Below, in pieces: positions 29,723 to 39,522 of a stretch of DNA of 64,000 bases. The notes beneath the pieces were generated by a model that saw nothing but the letters and a program-made list of their open reading frames with translations, searched no databases and was not told the origin of the DNA. Made by a program: the position numbers and the translations under genes. Each line of letters starts with the position of its first letter. Within the stretch, counting starts at the first letter, position 1. The DNA comes from Candidatus Bathyarchaeota archaeon (lineage in GTDB: Archaea > Thermoproteota > Bathyarchaeia > Bathyarchaeales > Bathycorpusculaceae). The stretch lies in NCBI GenBank assembly GCA_963775465.1, contig CAVZIW010000012.1, forward strand, positions 64,001 through 128,000, read 5' to 3'.

Positions 29723-31153
29723 TTAGAATCCTAATTTTTTCTGCAGGGGCTTGATTAGTGGCGGCAACGCGAGGCTGCAAATTATCAATACAAATGCTGC
29801 ATTGTGGAATAAGATGAGATTGGTGTATACTGGTTCGGTGAATACGTTAAATCCGTAGTAAGTTACTGTGTCAACGCCGAAAGCCACAAACCCAGTCCAC
29901 TTCTCCAAGAAAAGAATGCTCTCAAGAAGCGATGTGAAAAGTAGGGCAACTCCAAACCCAACCAGACCAAGCCGGATGTAGAATTCTTTGGTTTTACGCT
30001 TAACTGACCCTAACAATAAGCTGGCTTTGTGGATCAAAGAAGCAGCGAGCAGACAGAAAAAGGGCAGCGCCACATAGTTGTATTTGAAAGCGCTAACGTA
30101 AGGCACTGTTAAATGGAACCCTAAAACAAAAACCAAATCCACAGCTACAACCGCTGCAATTGTTCCAACGCAAATGGCATCCAGCCACAAGAATTTCTTT
30201 AGCGTTTTTCGATAAATGGCTGCGAGTGCCAGTGTGAGTAAACCAGCTGCAAACAAGAACCACCCTGCACTCTTAACAAAGATGATGGGCAAAAAGAGCA
30301 ATGAAGGGTTTGCGACGAGTTCGGGATGTGTAAAGTCACTGCTGAAATACACTCCTAGAAAATTTTGGTTGGCAAAGCCTCCGAACCAAATTGCCTGCAG
30401 AATGATTGAGGGTGCAAGAAAAATCAATGCCTTTCGGATTGTGATTTTGAAGTTCCAGTCTTTGCGCAAGAAAATAATTAACAAGAGTGGAATTATCAGG
30501 AATATGGCGAAGAGTTTTGTCATGAAGGCAACTGCGAATAGGATTCCTGAGGTTAGGATGAGTTTTTCAGAGTTTTTCTTGACAGCTAAAATGCCCACAG
30601 TTAGGAATATTAGGCCAAAGAAGAGGAATTGGTTGTCGATTAGAAATATTCTTGAAATGTAGACATGCCATGGGACTAAGCCGAAGAGTGCTGCAGCCAC
30701 CAGCCCTGTGCGTTTATCATAAAGCAGTGTTCCCAAAGCATAGAGGGCAAGTACAATTCCTAACCCAAACGCAGTTGCAATGCCAACCCCGTTAAGGTAC
30801 GACAAACCCCAAACGTGAAAGATTGGTGCATCCATGTAGAAGCCAAGCGGCGGCTGATTAATCATAAGCCCCGTAGTGACAAAGGGAAAGCCTTTTGCGA
30901 TTACGTTTGAGGCAGCTTCAAACTCGAGCTGCGAATCCCAGTTGAAATAGGTTCCAGTGGATATCAAAACCAGAAAAGAGGCAAGCAGAACTCCTACTAT
31001 CGGGTAATGCTCGCTAAGATGTGTTTTGAGGTTTTTTGTTTCCACTTGGTTGCCTCGTATATCATACTTGTGATGTTTTGTTTTTAAAAACTTGTTAACT
31101 TTCCTTCTGCAGAAAATTTTAAAGCAATCGCATATGTATTTTGCTCTGAGCAC
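29723..31153 (-). CDS. Glycosyltransferase family 39 / ArnT-PMT-like membrane glycosyltransferase
   Basis: QPPLGFY, GLVAAALF...P.H...SR....D, A.MTK; many TM helices; real start probably near 31045. Confidence 0.8.
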   Translation of the reverse strand: MLRAKYICDCFKIFCRRKVNKFLKTKHHKYDIRGNQVETKNLKTHLSEHYPIVGVLLASFLVLISTGTYFNWDSQLEFEAASNVIAKGFPFVTTGLMINQPPLGFYMDAPIFHVWGLSYLNGVGIATAFGLGIVLALYALGTLLYDKRTGLVAAALFGLVPWHVYISRIFLIDNQFLFFGLIFLTVGILAVKKNSEKLILTSGILFAVAFMTKLFAIFLIIPLLLIIFLRKDWNFKITIRKALIFLAPSIILQAIWFGGFANQNFLGVYFSSDFTHPELVANPSLLFLPIIFVKSAGWFLFAAGLLTLALAAIYRKTLKKFLWLDAICVGTIAAVVAVDLVFVLGFHLTVPYVSAFKYNYVALPFFCLLAASLIHKASLLLGSVKRKTKEFYIRLGLVGFGVALLFTSLLESILFLEKWTGFVAFGVDTVTYYGFNVFTEPVYTNLILFHNAAFVLIICSLALPPLIKPLQKKLGF

Positions 31154-31155
31154 AA

Positions 31156-31482
31156 ATGGCTGGCAGAAAACTGTTTGTTTATCCCGTCGTGGTTTGGATG
31201 GTACTTAACATTTTAATCATGACTCTTTCGTTGCTTGGTGGCGATACGGCCGATCTAAACAACTACATAGAAATCGTCTTGTGGGTCGGCTCCATCGTAG
31301 GCCTCTTGTCGAGACGTAAGTGGGGTTTTGCCTTTGCCATTTTTACGTTGAGCTACACCTTGAGCACAAGCGTTGGCATCGTCATCTACTACGGCATCTG
31401 GATAAACGCCATCCGAGTAATCATAAACATCCCCATAATCATCTACCTGTTTAGAGAACTCTTTGAAGGCAAAACCAAGTAG
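31156..31482 (+). CDS. Small 4-TM membrane protein
   Basis: Hydrophobic ORF with ATG start. Confidence 0.65.
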   Translation: MAGRKLFVYPVVVWMVLNILIMTLSLLGGDTADLNNYIEIVLWVGSIVGLLSRRKWGFAFAIFTLSYTLSTSVGIVIYYGIWINAIRVIINIPIIIYLFRELFEGKTK

Positions 31483-31960
31483 CTGCAAAGTCACCTGCTT
31501 TTTATGGTAAGTTGCATAATTTTGGGTTTAATTTTAAAAGATGCAACAGTTAAAATTCAAAACAATGTTGCAGCAGCATCAGCAGCATCTTCTCGCGCAC
31601 CGTTTGCTAAAGAAATGAGGAAACAACGAATTCGCATAGCTTTGCACTGAGCTAAAAGTAAAAAATTACCACGAAACTCGTTGACTAATTTTTGCGGCGG
31701 TTTAATGTGGTCCATCTCACTTACTGTAGTTACTGCAGGTTTGTCAACTCTTTTTTTATTCACTAGTCTATGCTGATTTTTTTATTTTTAGAAATATGTG
31801 GATATTTGTGTTATCTGTGGTGACTTCGATGGCAATGTTTTTTGTTCTCTTAATTGGTGTCGTTTTTGACCAATTTGCTAGGATTAGAAAGGTTTTGTTT
31901 GGTTTTAGGATTTTTGCAGTTCGCGGAAGGTTTCGGGAGGCTTGCCAAGAATAGTAGGTC

Positions 31961-32159
31961 TCAACAGCCGGCACTAGGTTGTTTTTTGTGGTAGATCAGC
32001 AAACCGGCAACTACCAGGGCAACTGCTGCGACCAAAACAGCGGCAACAAGTGTGTTTGTGAAAGGCTCTATTTGTGGCGGTTCTGCACCAGTATTAATCT
32101 TGGGACCATACGGGGGAAAGGGGGAGAATTATTGTTAATGATCGTCTCTTCTTTCCCAT
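31961..32159 (-). pseudogene. Internally deleted surface-protein gene relic (signal-peptide start joined out of frame to a C-terminal anchor)
   Basis: MGKKRRSLTIIL... then, in another frame, PPQIEPFTNTLVAAVLVAAVALVVAGLLIYHKKQ. Confidence 0.5.
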
Positions 32160-32400
32160 AAAAAAAATTATTGAAGCAAGTTGTTTAAAGGGGTTTTCGT
32201 CAAGATTTCTTGACTACCTCTGGAAAACACTAAGTCAAACTTTATTGACTAAAGTATAAATTGAATCGCTGAACCTTCATTAGTTTACATTTTATCGGAA
32301 ACTAATCTATCCTTCAAACACTGGTTTAAATGAGTACTTGTTGGTAAGGTTTTGCTGAGATGTGATTTGGATGGTTGTTTGGGAAACGTTTAAGTGAGTT

Positions 32401-32418
32401 GTAAACAGTACTGTTTAC
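32401..32418. promoter_or_regulatory. Perfect 18-bp palindrome, likely RHH antitoxin operator
   Basis: GTAAACAGTACTGTTTAC lies between the TATA-like TTTAAG and the GTG start at 32420. Confidence 0.7.
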
Positions 32419-32419
32419 G

Positions 32420-32650
32420 GTGGCTTATTTGGCTCAAGTACAACTCCGACTTCCACAAAAAACCCTCGAAGAGATAGATGGATGGGTAGCGGAAGGTCGC
32501 TTCAAAAACCGAAGCGACGCCATAAAATCAATCATAACCTACTACCAAGAACGGGAAAAAACCTGCAACTTCTTCAACACACTCCTAAAGAGAAGCGAAG
32601 AAGCAAAACAGCACCCAGAATCTCTCGTCCCAATAGAGGAACTTGAGTGA
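32420..32650 (+). CDS. Ribbon-helix-helix (CopG-like) antitoxin
   Basis: VQLRLP...EEID.WV.EGRF.NRSDAIK; GTGA overlap with the toxin. Confidence 0.85.
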   Translation: MAYLAQVQLRLPQKTLEEIDGWVAEGRFKNRSDAIKSIITYYQEREKTCNFFNTLLKRSEEAKQHPESLVPIEELE

Positions 32651-32916
32651 TCTTCAAGGTACTTCTGCATCCTAATGCAGCAAAAGAACTCCAAAAAACC
32701 CAAAAACATATCCAAGCCAGAATAGTTGAGAGCGCAAAACAACTACGTGAAAACCCCGACAGAATCGGAAAACCCTTAAAGCAATCAGATTTCTGGAGCC
32801 TAAGAGTAGGCGATTACCGAGTCATCTACGAGATAGACCAAAATAAAAAACAAGCAGTCATTCTTTTTGTTGGCCACAGAAGCAAAGTGTACGATGATTT
32901 CTCGAAAATGCTCTGA
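32647..32916 (+). CDS. RelE/ParE family toxin
   Basis: V.LH..A.KEL, GKPL, W.LRVGDYRVIYEI, VGHR..VY. Confidence 0.92.
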   Translation: MIFKVLLHPNAAKELQKTQKHIQARIVESAKQLRENPDRIGKPLKQSDFWSLRVGDYRVIYEIDQNKKQAVILFVGHRSKVYDDFSKML

Positions 32917-33024
32917 CATTTAGTAAAATTTCTTAAACCTTCCTTGATCGGTTATGTTTTTTATTGGTAGACCCGCAAGCCAGCAACTACACTGACTGTT
33001 GCCTCTGCGAGAATGACCGCAAAG

Positions 33025-33516
33025 TTATTGTTGGGAAAGGCTCCGTTTGGGATCTCTTTCAGCTTCTTGGTTGAATTCTTTGGGAGTCATAACTTTGCTT
33101 TTTAGATTAGGCAGTCTTTCAAAGTGATCTTTGTTTTCCGTTAGCAAAACGTCGCAGTCTTCCAAAAGAAAAGAGGCGGCGATGGCTATGTCTTGGTATT
33201 CTATGGGGTGCCCTTTTGAAATCAGGTAGGCATTAAGTTCTGCTATTATTTTGGCTGCTTCGCCGTTTAGGGGTACCCAACGGAATTGGCTGAGCACCTT
33301 TTCTGCCTTCTTTATTGCAGCCGCATAATCCTTCCGCAAGTATGAGCCTGTTAAGATTTCTGAGACGCTCACAGTACTAATGTATGCGTTGTTGGTGCTG
33401 GTTAACTGTTTACATAGTGCTATCACGTCTTGTTTTCCTCTGTCTATATCCACGATAATGGAGGTATCAACGAATACAGTTGTGGGTTTGCTTTTCTCTC
33501 TCTTTTTCTGAGGCAT
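33025..33516 (-). CDS. PIN-domain (VapC) toxin
   Basis: VFVDTSIIVD, S.VSEI..G, D..IAA.......LLTEN..HF. Confidence 0.9.
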   Translation of the reverse strand: MPQKKREKSKPTTVFVDTSIIVDIDRGKQDVIALCKQLTSTNNAYISTVSVSEILTGSYLRKDYAAAIKKAEKVLSQFRWVPLNGEAAKIIAELNAYLISKGHPIEYQDIAIAASFLLEDCDVLLTENKDHFERLPNLKSKVMTPKEFNQEAERDPKRSLSQQ

Positions 33517-33517
33517 T

Positions 33518-33769
33518 TTAAGGAACCAGCCCAAGCCGCTTGAATCTGCTTGTTGAATCGGAGCGAATGTAGGAGAGCATCTTTTCAAAGTCAGCGGGCA
33601 AAAAGTCTGTGCAGTTTTTCCAGACTTCTTTGTCTGCTTTTTCAATCATTATCTTGTCGCCTTCCACGACTTTCATCTTTACCATATCCCCTTCGGCTAT
33701 CCCTACTGCTTCGCGTATTTCTTTGGGTATTGTGACTTGAGAATGTCTTGTTACAGTAACTGAAGCCAT
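33518..33769 (-). CDS. AbrB/MazE (VapB) antitoxin
   Basis: V.VTR..QVTIPKEIRE..GI.EGD; directly upstream of the PIN gene. Confidence 0.9.
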   Translation of the reverse strand: MASVTVTRHSQVTIPKEIREAVGIAEGDMVKMKVVEGDKIMIEKADKEVWKNCTDFLPADFEKMLSYIRSDSTSRFKRLGLVP

Positions 33770-33787
33770 ATTGATCTCCTGTGAGGA

Positions 33788-33833
33788 TTACTATCAATCT
33801 TACTAATAAAGAATTACTATAAAATGATAGTAA
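33788..33833. promoter_or_regulatory. TTACTA direct and inverted repeats upstream of vapB (operator)
   Basis: Three TTACTA copies and the inverted repeat TTACTAT-aaaatg-ATAGTAA. Confidence 0.5.
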
Positions 33834-33865
33834 ATTAATCTTGAGAGTGTTTAGTTTGTTTTTGG

Positions 33866-35791
33866 TTAATTTTGCTGTTTAGTTTTTTTGGGGGGTAAAC
33901 GTATTGTGAATGTTGTTCCTTTGTCTTTTTTGCTCTCGAAGGTAACTGTGCCGCCTAAGGATTCTGTCATGCGTTTAATCACTGCTAACCCTAGTCCTTG
34001 ACCTTTAGCTTTGGTTGTAAACATTGGAGTAAACAACTTGTTTTTTGCCGTTTCGGGGACACCAACACCTGTGTCTTTAACGGTTATGACAAGCTGATTT
34101 GCTTCTTTGTGGGCAAGTATTGATAGTTTGCCGCCGTTTGGCATTGCTTGAACAGAATTATTAACCAGATTGTGCAATATGCGGTTTATGAAGGTGGAAT
34201 CAGATACAGCCTTCTTAGCTGTGGCATCTATTCTAACCTCTAGATCGATATTCTTTGGCAAATCGTTCTTTTCCAGTAATTTGTCAATTATGGTTTTCAG
34301 GTCGATTTCTTCTACTCGAGGATTAAGGGGTCTGGAATAGTCTTGCAGGTCTGCCACGATCTTGTTAATGTAATCGACGTTGTTTTCGATTTCTTGCAGG
34401 TTTTCCAACACGTTCTTTTTTGCGTCGCTGTCTGGTGCCGGATCTAGTTCTGTTTTAGCTAGGTAGATTTCGCCTGTTATTGCTTGTAGTGGATTGCGGA
34501 TGTCGTGACCCACCATTCCTGCAGTTAGGCCGATAGCGGATAGCCGTTCAGAGTCTTTGAGTTGTTTTTCCATTTTTTTGCGTTCTGTAATGTCGATTCC
34601 CATCTCTAAAATTATGGTGGAGCCGTCGGTTTCTAAGAATGGGAAGTCATAGATGTCATAGTCGCGTCCGTCTGGTCCTGTCCATTCCCAATGATGAGGC
34701 GCGTTATTTTTTAGGGCTTTGTAGGTTTCGCAGTTCTCGCAGGGTGAATTGAGCTTGAATAAGTATTCGTAGCAGCGTTTGCCGTGTGATTCGCCAAAAC
34801 GTTCGCGAAAAATCTTGTTAGCAAAGGTTACCTGGTAATCCTTATCGAGGAGAGCAACATAAGCTGGGAGGGTTTCAAGTATGGCGTATAGGCGCTGTCG
34901 TTCCTTTGATACTTCTTCTGTGCGTTTGCGTACTCTCTCTTCTAGTTCCTCGTTGATCAGTTCGAGTTTTCTTTCGGTTTTTTTGCGTTCAGTAATGTCT
35001 TGCACCATTCCGACTGAGCGAACAATTCTTCCGGTTTCATCTCGAATATTTTCGCATTTTTCTAAGACATTTCGTATTTCTCGAGTTGTTTTTCTTACTA
35101 CTTGATGTTCAATTTCATAAGAGTCTTTATTCTCACGCAATGACTTGGAGTATGCGGCGTCGACTGCTTTTCGATCATCTGGATGTACTGCCTCCAGAAA
35201 TGCTTCGTACGTTGCGGCGAATTTTTGTGGGGTTAGACCAAAGATTCGGTACACCTCATCTGACCAAGATAGCTTATTGGAGACTAAGTCAAGTTCCCAG
35301 CTGCCGACATGAGCAATCTCTTCACTTTTCCTTAGTCGTCTTTCGTTTTTCTGCAGCTCGTCTTGAGCTATTTTTTGTTCTGTTATGTCCTCAAAAATAG
35401 CTACGAAATAGCCCTTTTCAGGGCAGTAAGCTGAAATCTTAAACCATTTACCCAAAGATTCTGCATGATTCTCAAATTGAACTGGCTCTCCCGTTAGAGC
35501 TACTCTGCCGTAGACTCCTATCCAGTCAGAAGGGTCCTTTTCGACTCCGGGAAGAGCGGATGTGACTCTCTTGCCAATTACTTGTTGCCTTTTTAACCCT
35601 GTTAATTTTTCGAAGGCAAGGTTAACTTCAAGAAAAACATAATCAACTGGCTTACCCATCTTGTCTATTACGATCTTGTGGTAAGCAAAGCCGTCTAACA
35701 TCTTATTAAAAAACATGTCAAACTGTTTTTTGTTGATTCCTGCTTTTTTATTCCATGCGTTAATAAAATTGTTGCTGGACAATTTGATCAT
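33866..35791 (-). CDS. PAS-domain sensor histidine kinase
   Basis: Three PAS/PAC units (DITE ends), H box HDIRNPLQAI, N box, DTGVG, FTTK..GQGLGL. Confidence 0.93.
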   Translation of the reverse strand: MIKLSSNNFINAWNKKAGINKKQFDMFFNKMLDGFAYHKIVIDKMGKPVDYVFLEVNLAFEKLTGLKRQQVIGKRVTSALPGVEKDPSDWIGVYGRVALTGEPVQFENHAESLGKWFKISAYCPEKGYFVAIFEDITEQKIAQDELQKNERRLRKSEEIAHVGSWELDLVSNKLSWSDEVYRIFGLTPQKFAATYEAFLEAVHPDDRKAVDAAYSKSLRENKDSYEIEHQVVRKTTREIRNVLEKCENIRDETGRIVRSVGMVQDITERKKTERKLELINEELEERVRKRTEEVSKERQRLYAILETLPAYVALLDKDYQVTFANKIFRERFGESHGKRCYEYLFKLNSPCENCETYKALKNNAPHHWEWTGPDGRDYDIYDFPFLETDGSTIILEMGIDITERKKMEKQLKDSERLSAIGLTAGMVGHDIRNPLQAITGEIYLAKTELDPAPDSDAKKNVLENLQEIENNVDYINKIVADLQDYSRPLNPRVEEIDLKTIIDKLLEKNDLPKNIDLEVRIDATAKKAVSDSTFINRILHNLVNNSVQAMPNGGKLSILAHKEANQLVITVKDTGVGVPETAKNKLFTPMFTTKAKGQGLGLAVIKRMTESLGGTVTFESKKDKGTTFTIRLPPKKTKQQN

Positions 35792-35828
35792 CTGTAATTT
35801 TAGAAGTCAGCTTGCCTTAAGTTGTATA

Positions 35829-36055
35829 AAAAGTTTCATCATTCAAAGATAAGTAGTAATTCCGATCCATACGAAAAGAGCTGGAATAAAACCGAAAACA
35901 AGTTCATAGTCGACAGTCGAGCGACAACATCATAATGAAAAAAGCACAGCTGCCGAGCTTAAAGAAAGAATGGGATGACATTTTCAAAATTATGGACAAA
36001 AAAGATTGAAAATATCAGACGAGGAAGTTCAAAAGAAGTAGCTGCTGCTCGAATC
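35829..36055 (+). pseudogene. Degenerate AbrB-family antitoxin gene
   Basis: Across frameshifts: KVSS.K..VVIP...GIKP...IIMKKAQLPSLKKEWDDIFKIMDKK.LKISDEEVQK.VAAAR. Confidence 0.55.
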
Positions 36056-36315
36056 CAATTTACAGGCGCTGAAAGAAAACTGAAACTGCATTGCCAGCGC
36101 GAAAGGTTAGCAAACTAAGTAGCTTCTCCTCCATGCAATATCGACAAGGGTAGTGCGTGCATAATTGGTTATTAATATATTTTGGGCTTAATTTCGCAAA
36201 CAGAGCCTTCTTTGAAGTTTAGTAAGTAAAGGCTGCTATGCAATTTGCTATTTCAGGTCTTTGCGACCGTTAATAGGCTAATTCTTTGTGACAAAAGCCA
36301 TCTTTCAAGCATAAA

Positions 36316-36750
36316 TTAAGTGTAATCGATCATTCCTATGTAGCGTTCAGCTGTTTGTTCTTGGTTTCTAGTGGGGTTGAGGCTGTTGCACATTCGCCTA
36401 AACGATTTTTGCAACCTGGCTATGTCGTTCTTGGATATTTGGAGTGGAAGCTCGCTACTTTGGTAAGAGGTCAGTATTGAGTCCAATCCGTCAAGGGTTC
36501 TTCTGTTTCTAATAGCGTTCTCGCGTTTTGTCCTAAATTTCCTAAACCATTCTGAAATTTTGCGGTTTGTCAAGCGGTCTATGCACACATTTCCTACCCG
36601 CATCTTTGTTCCTTATTACTGATACGTACTTTATCGGATGATTTCCGCATACCTCGCACCTCGTCCAAGGCTATGCAAATATTAGTTGATCACACTGTAG
36701 GTTTTGTTCTCATATTCGGAGGGGAAAAACTCTTCAGGTATGCATCGAAA
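36316..36750 (-). pseudogene. Frameshifted zinc-finger hypothetical protein
   Basis: Upstream frame CEVCGNHPIKYVSVIRNKD joins MRVGNVCIDRLT, giving a C..CG.H.I...VG..C motif. Confidence 0.5.
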
Positions 36751-36810
36751 GTCCTTCCTAATTCAAGTAAAATATTATGTTTTTCCCAGTTTGCTTTACC
36801 TTCTGCACGG

Positions 36811-37971
36811 TTATGTCAACGGAAATCTTTGCCTCAAATATTCCTTTGCAAATTCACGGTCATGTGCTAATTCGGTGCTTTTCACGATTTGACCCTCCAG
36901 CCTATCTAAAGCAACCTTAAACGTCTCTTCCACACCATAGCCTTCACCCGAACTGAAAAAAGCACCTTTCTTTGTTCTGAATTGCAGTCGACAGTGAATC
37001 AACTGGTCGCCCTTGAAGTTTGTGCCGTGCGTCTTCATGTAGACAAATAGCGTGCCAGCCTCTAATTTTTCTCCGTATCTTTTGGAGAAAGACTCAAAGT
37101 GGCTCATAATGAAGCCTCGTTGATTTTCATCAATTTCCACGTCTTTAACTGAAAACTGGACAGTGAGCTTTTGCATAGGCAGCTCCATTTGAGCTAAAGG
37201 TTCAAGGAAGTCCCGTTTAGTAATGATGCCGATGGGTCTGCCTTTGTTGACTATTATCAATGAGGAAATGTTGAATTTGTGCATTTGCTCTTCAGCATCT
37301 CGCAATTGGGTTTCAGGTAAAACTGTCACGACTGGTTTAACCATTATGCCCTTCGCTGGAATGCTTAGAACAGGAACTTTCTCACCCCCTCCAAAGCCAA
37401 CCCTTTGCACATGTCTTGGTTGAAAGATATTCTCAATAATATCGTAAATACTCACAATTCCCACGAGTTTTCCTTCGCTGACTATTGGCACATGAGAGAT
37501 TCCCTCGTTTCTAAAAAGGCTCAACACTGCTCCTATCGATTCGTCTTCTTCGATGACAAACGGCTTCTTAGTCATTACCTCTTCAACACGAGTATGGCCC
37601 CATCGCTCAATTACAGCTCCATGGATAACGTCCTCATCGGTGACGAAACCTAAGATTTTCTCTTCGCTGTAGACTGGAAGTTGCCTAATCTCGCTCTCAA
37701 TCATTAACTTGGCAACCTTGCTGAGAGGATCTTTTAGGGTTACAGCAGGTGCTTGGCGCGTCAAAGTCTTTACTTTGGTGTCTGAAGCAGCGAGACTGGA
37801 GCGTATTATCGATTTGCGAGAAATAACCCCTTTGTAGTTGCCTTTATCATCAAGGACCACTAGAACAGGGGGCGTCTCTTTTTTAAAAAGTGATAGACAA
37901 GAAGAAAGTGTATCGTTCTCATGTACCTCTAAGAAACCTTTTGAAAAAACATCTTCAACAACTTTAGTCAT
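36811..37971 (-). CDS. 4xCBS plus C-terminal HPF/RaiA-like domain: archaeal ribosome hibernation factor (Hib-like)
   Basis: Four CBS repeats, then a ~115-aa tail with beta-alpha-beta-beta-beta-alpha pattern ending F..ALDRLE.QI. Confidence 0.72.
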   Translation of the reverse strand: MTKVVEDVFSKGFLEVHENDTLSSCLSLFKKETPPVLVVLDDKGNYKGVISRKSIIRSSLAASDTKVKTLTRQAPAVTLKDPLSKVAKLMIESEIRQLPVYSEEKILGFVTDEDVIHGAVIERWGHTRVEEVMTKKPFVIEEDESIGAVLSLFRNEGISHVPIVSEGKLVGIVSIYDIIENIFQPRHVQRVGFGGGEKVPVLSIPAKGIMVKPVVTVLPETQLRDAEEQMHKFNISSLIIVNKGRPIGIITKRDFLEPLAQMELPMQKLTVQFSVKDVEIDENQRGFIMSHFESFSKRYGEKLEAGTLFVYMKTHGTNFKGDQLIHCRLQFRTKKGAFFSSGEGYGVEETFKVALDRLEGQIVKSTELAHDREFAKEYLRQRFPLT

Positions 37972-38147
37972 AGAAAAAGCTCCAGTATTATCATTCTCAT
38001 GGCGTAATTTAAGGTTTAAAATGAAAGTGGCAGCCCTTTTCTAAGAAGGGAAAAAAACTACATTCGCAAGGAATACTATAATTCGTCCATTTCAGACTTC
38101 AATAGGTAAGAAGAGACATTTAAAACGCGTTAATTTAGCTGCCCACT

Positions 38148-38477
38148 TTAAAGCTTTCGTTCTCTGTCTTCACTGTAGTCTCGGTCCTCATGGGCTTCTT
38201 CTTCAGCTTCATCTTGCCGATCCTCGTCGCGCATGCTTGCTTGTTCTCCTTTAGCTCTTGCTCTATCTTCAGCTTGACCTTTCGGCGGATAAACCGTACC
38301 CAACCAAACTTCAAACTGCCTCTTGTATTCAGGGCTAGAAAAAACCCAGTCGCACAATCCACCAACGACCTTACTAACGTCAATGTTATGGTCGTAAGCT
38401 AAACCTTTTACAAATTCTTCCCAATTTGCAGGTAAAGATACATAAGAACTGCCCATAAAAATATTCTCCATTAACAT
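38148..38477 (-). CDS. Hypothetical protein (RHH-like N-terminus, acidic tail)
   Basis: YVSLP..WEEFVK.LA......VSKVV; charged C-terminus. Confidence 0.5.
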   Translation of the reverse strand: MLMENIFMGSSYVSLPANWEEFVKGLAYDHNIDVSKVVGGLCDWVFSSPEYKRQFEVWLGTVYPPKGQAEDRARAKGEQASMRDEDRQDEAEEEAHEDRDYSEDRERKL

Positions 38478-38726
38478 GGTAGTGCTAAGGGATATTTAAG
38501 CTTCAAGCATGCGTTGTGCTGTTATATTACTTTCAAGAATCGGGTGAACAATCGAAAACGATGCAAGATATAGAGCAACGAGCAAGAGAGCTTAAGCTTT
38601 GATTTTGGTTCTTCAACTCCAATCTGATGATTTTGAAACTAAATAGGTGAAACTTAACTAATGGCTAATAAGATTGTTCTGTATTAGACCAGAGTAGAAA
38701 TAATTAATTCTTCAGGGAGTGTTTTT

Positions 38727-39023
38727 ATGCCTATAACAATTGGAGTGTTATTTAGACGAATTGTCAAAGATCTGCAAGCTCAAGACAAAAACCCAAATAG
38801 CTATCTTAACAATTCAAACAGCGATCTCTACAATCCCAATTACGATATTAACAATCCAACTAGCAACCTCAACAATCAACATAGTTGCATTAACGATGCG
38901 TCAAATAACCAAAACAACAAGGAAATACGGAGGAGTGTTTTAAGAGAGCTCATCAAGATGTATCTGTCGGATTATTTGTCTGAAGAACAAACTGAGAAAC
39001 TTGTTGAAGAGCATATTCCATAA
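38727..39023 (+). CDS. Hypothetical protein with Asn-rich 7-residue repeats
   Basis: NPNSYLN-NSNSDLY-NPNYDIN-NPTSNLN-NQHSCIN; GGGAG RBS. Confidence 0.6.
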   Translation: MPITIGVLFRRIVKDLQAQDKNPNSYLNNSNSDLYNPNYDINNPTSNLNNQHSCINDASNNQNNKEIRRSVLRELIKMYLSDYLSEEQTEKLVEEHIP

Positions 39024-39224
39024 AAATCATTGGAAGTTAGTTTGAGGTTGAAAAACAAAGGTGTTGAAAGTAAATTCACTTTAAGTTTGGGGAACATTCT
39101 GAAAGGGTTTTGCAGCTAGATTGCCCATAATCCTCGTGCGAGGTGTTCCAGGCTAGCTGTCTGCCCTGGCCTTTTACCTAGGCTTCTTATAATGTAGTTA
39201 TTGGTATTTTGTGGAGGGGCGGCT

Positions 39225-39368
39225 TTATTGTTTTTTGTTGATCCATGTTTTGACCGCTTCTTGTACAGCTTTGGATAAGTCGCCTTTTTTGCCTCCGAAT
39301 CGTTCTACGGTCTCTATTCTGAGCTGTTTTTCTAGTTCGTCTGGCATGTCTATGTTGATGCGGCCCAT
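39225..39368 (-). CDS. Small ribbon-helix-helix protein (47 aa, below the ORF-track cutoff)
   Basis: MGRINIDMPDELEKQLRIETVERFGGKKGDLSKAVQEAVKTWINKKQ. Confidence 0.75.
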   Translation of the reverse strand: MGRINIDMPDELEKQLRIETVERFGGKKGDLSKAVQEAVKTWINKKQ

Positions 39369-39496
39369 TTTAGTTCACTTGTTTTTTGCTGGTTACATAT
39401 TGTTGTAATAAGCGAGTAGCCAATTTTTGTATTCGATTTTTTTGTTTGTCATGTTTTATCCCTTTAGAAGCCGCTTATTCACATTAACATATATGT

Positions 39497-39522
39497 ACAT
39501 ACACACTTATAAGTGTATGTGT
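39497..39522. promoter_or_regulatory. 26-bp near-perfect palindrome centred on a TATA-like box upstream of the RHH gene
   Basis: ACATACACACTTA|TAAGTGTATGTGT with perfect core ACACTTATAAGTGT. Confidence 0.55.
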
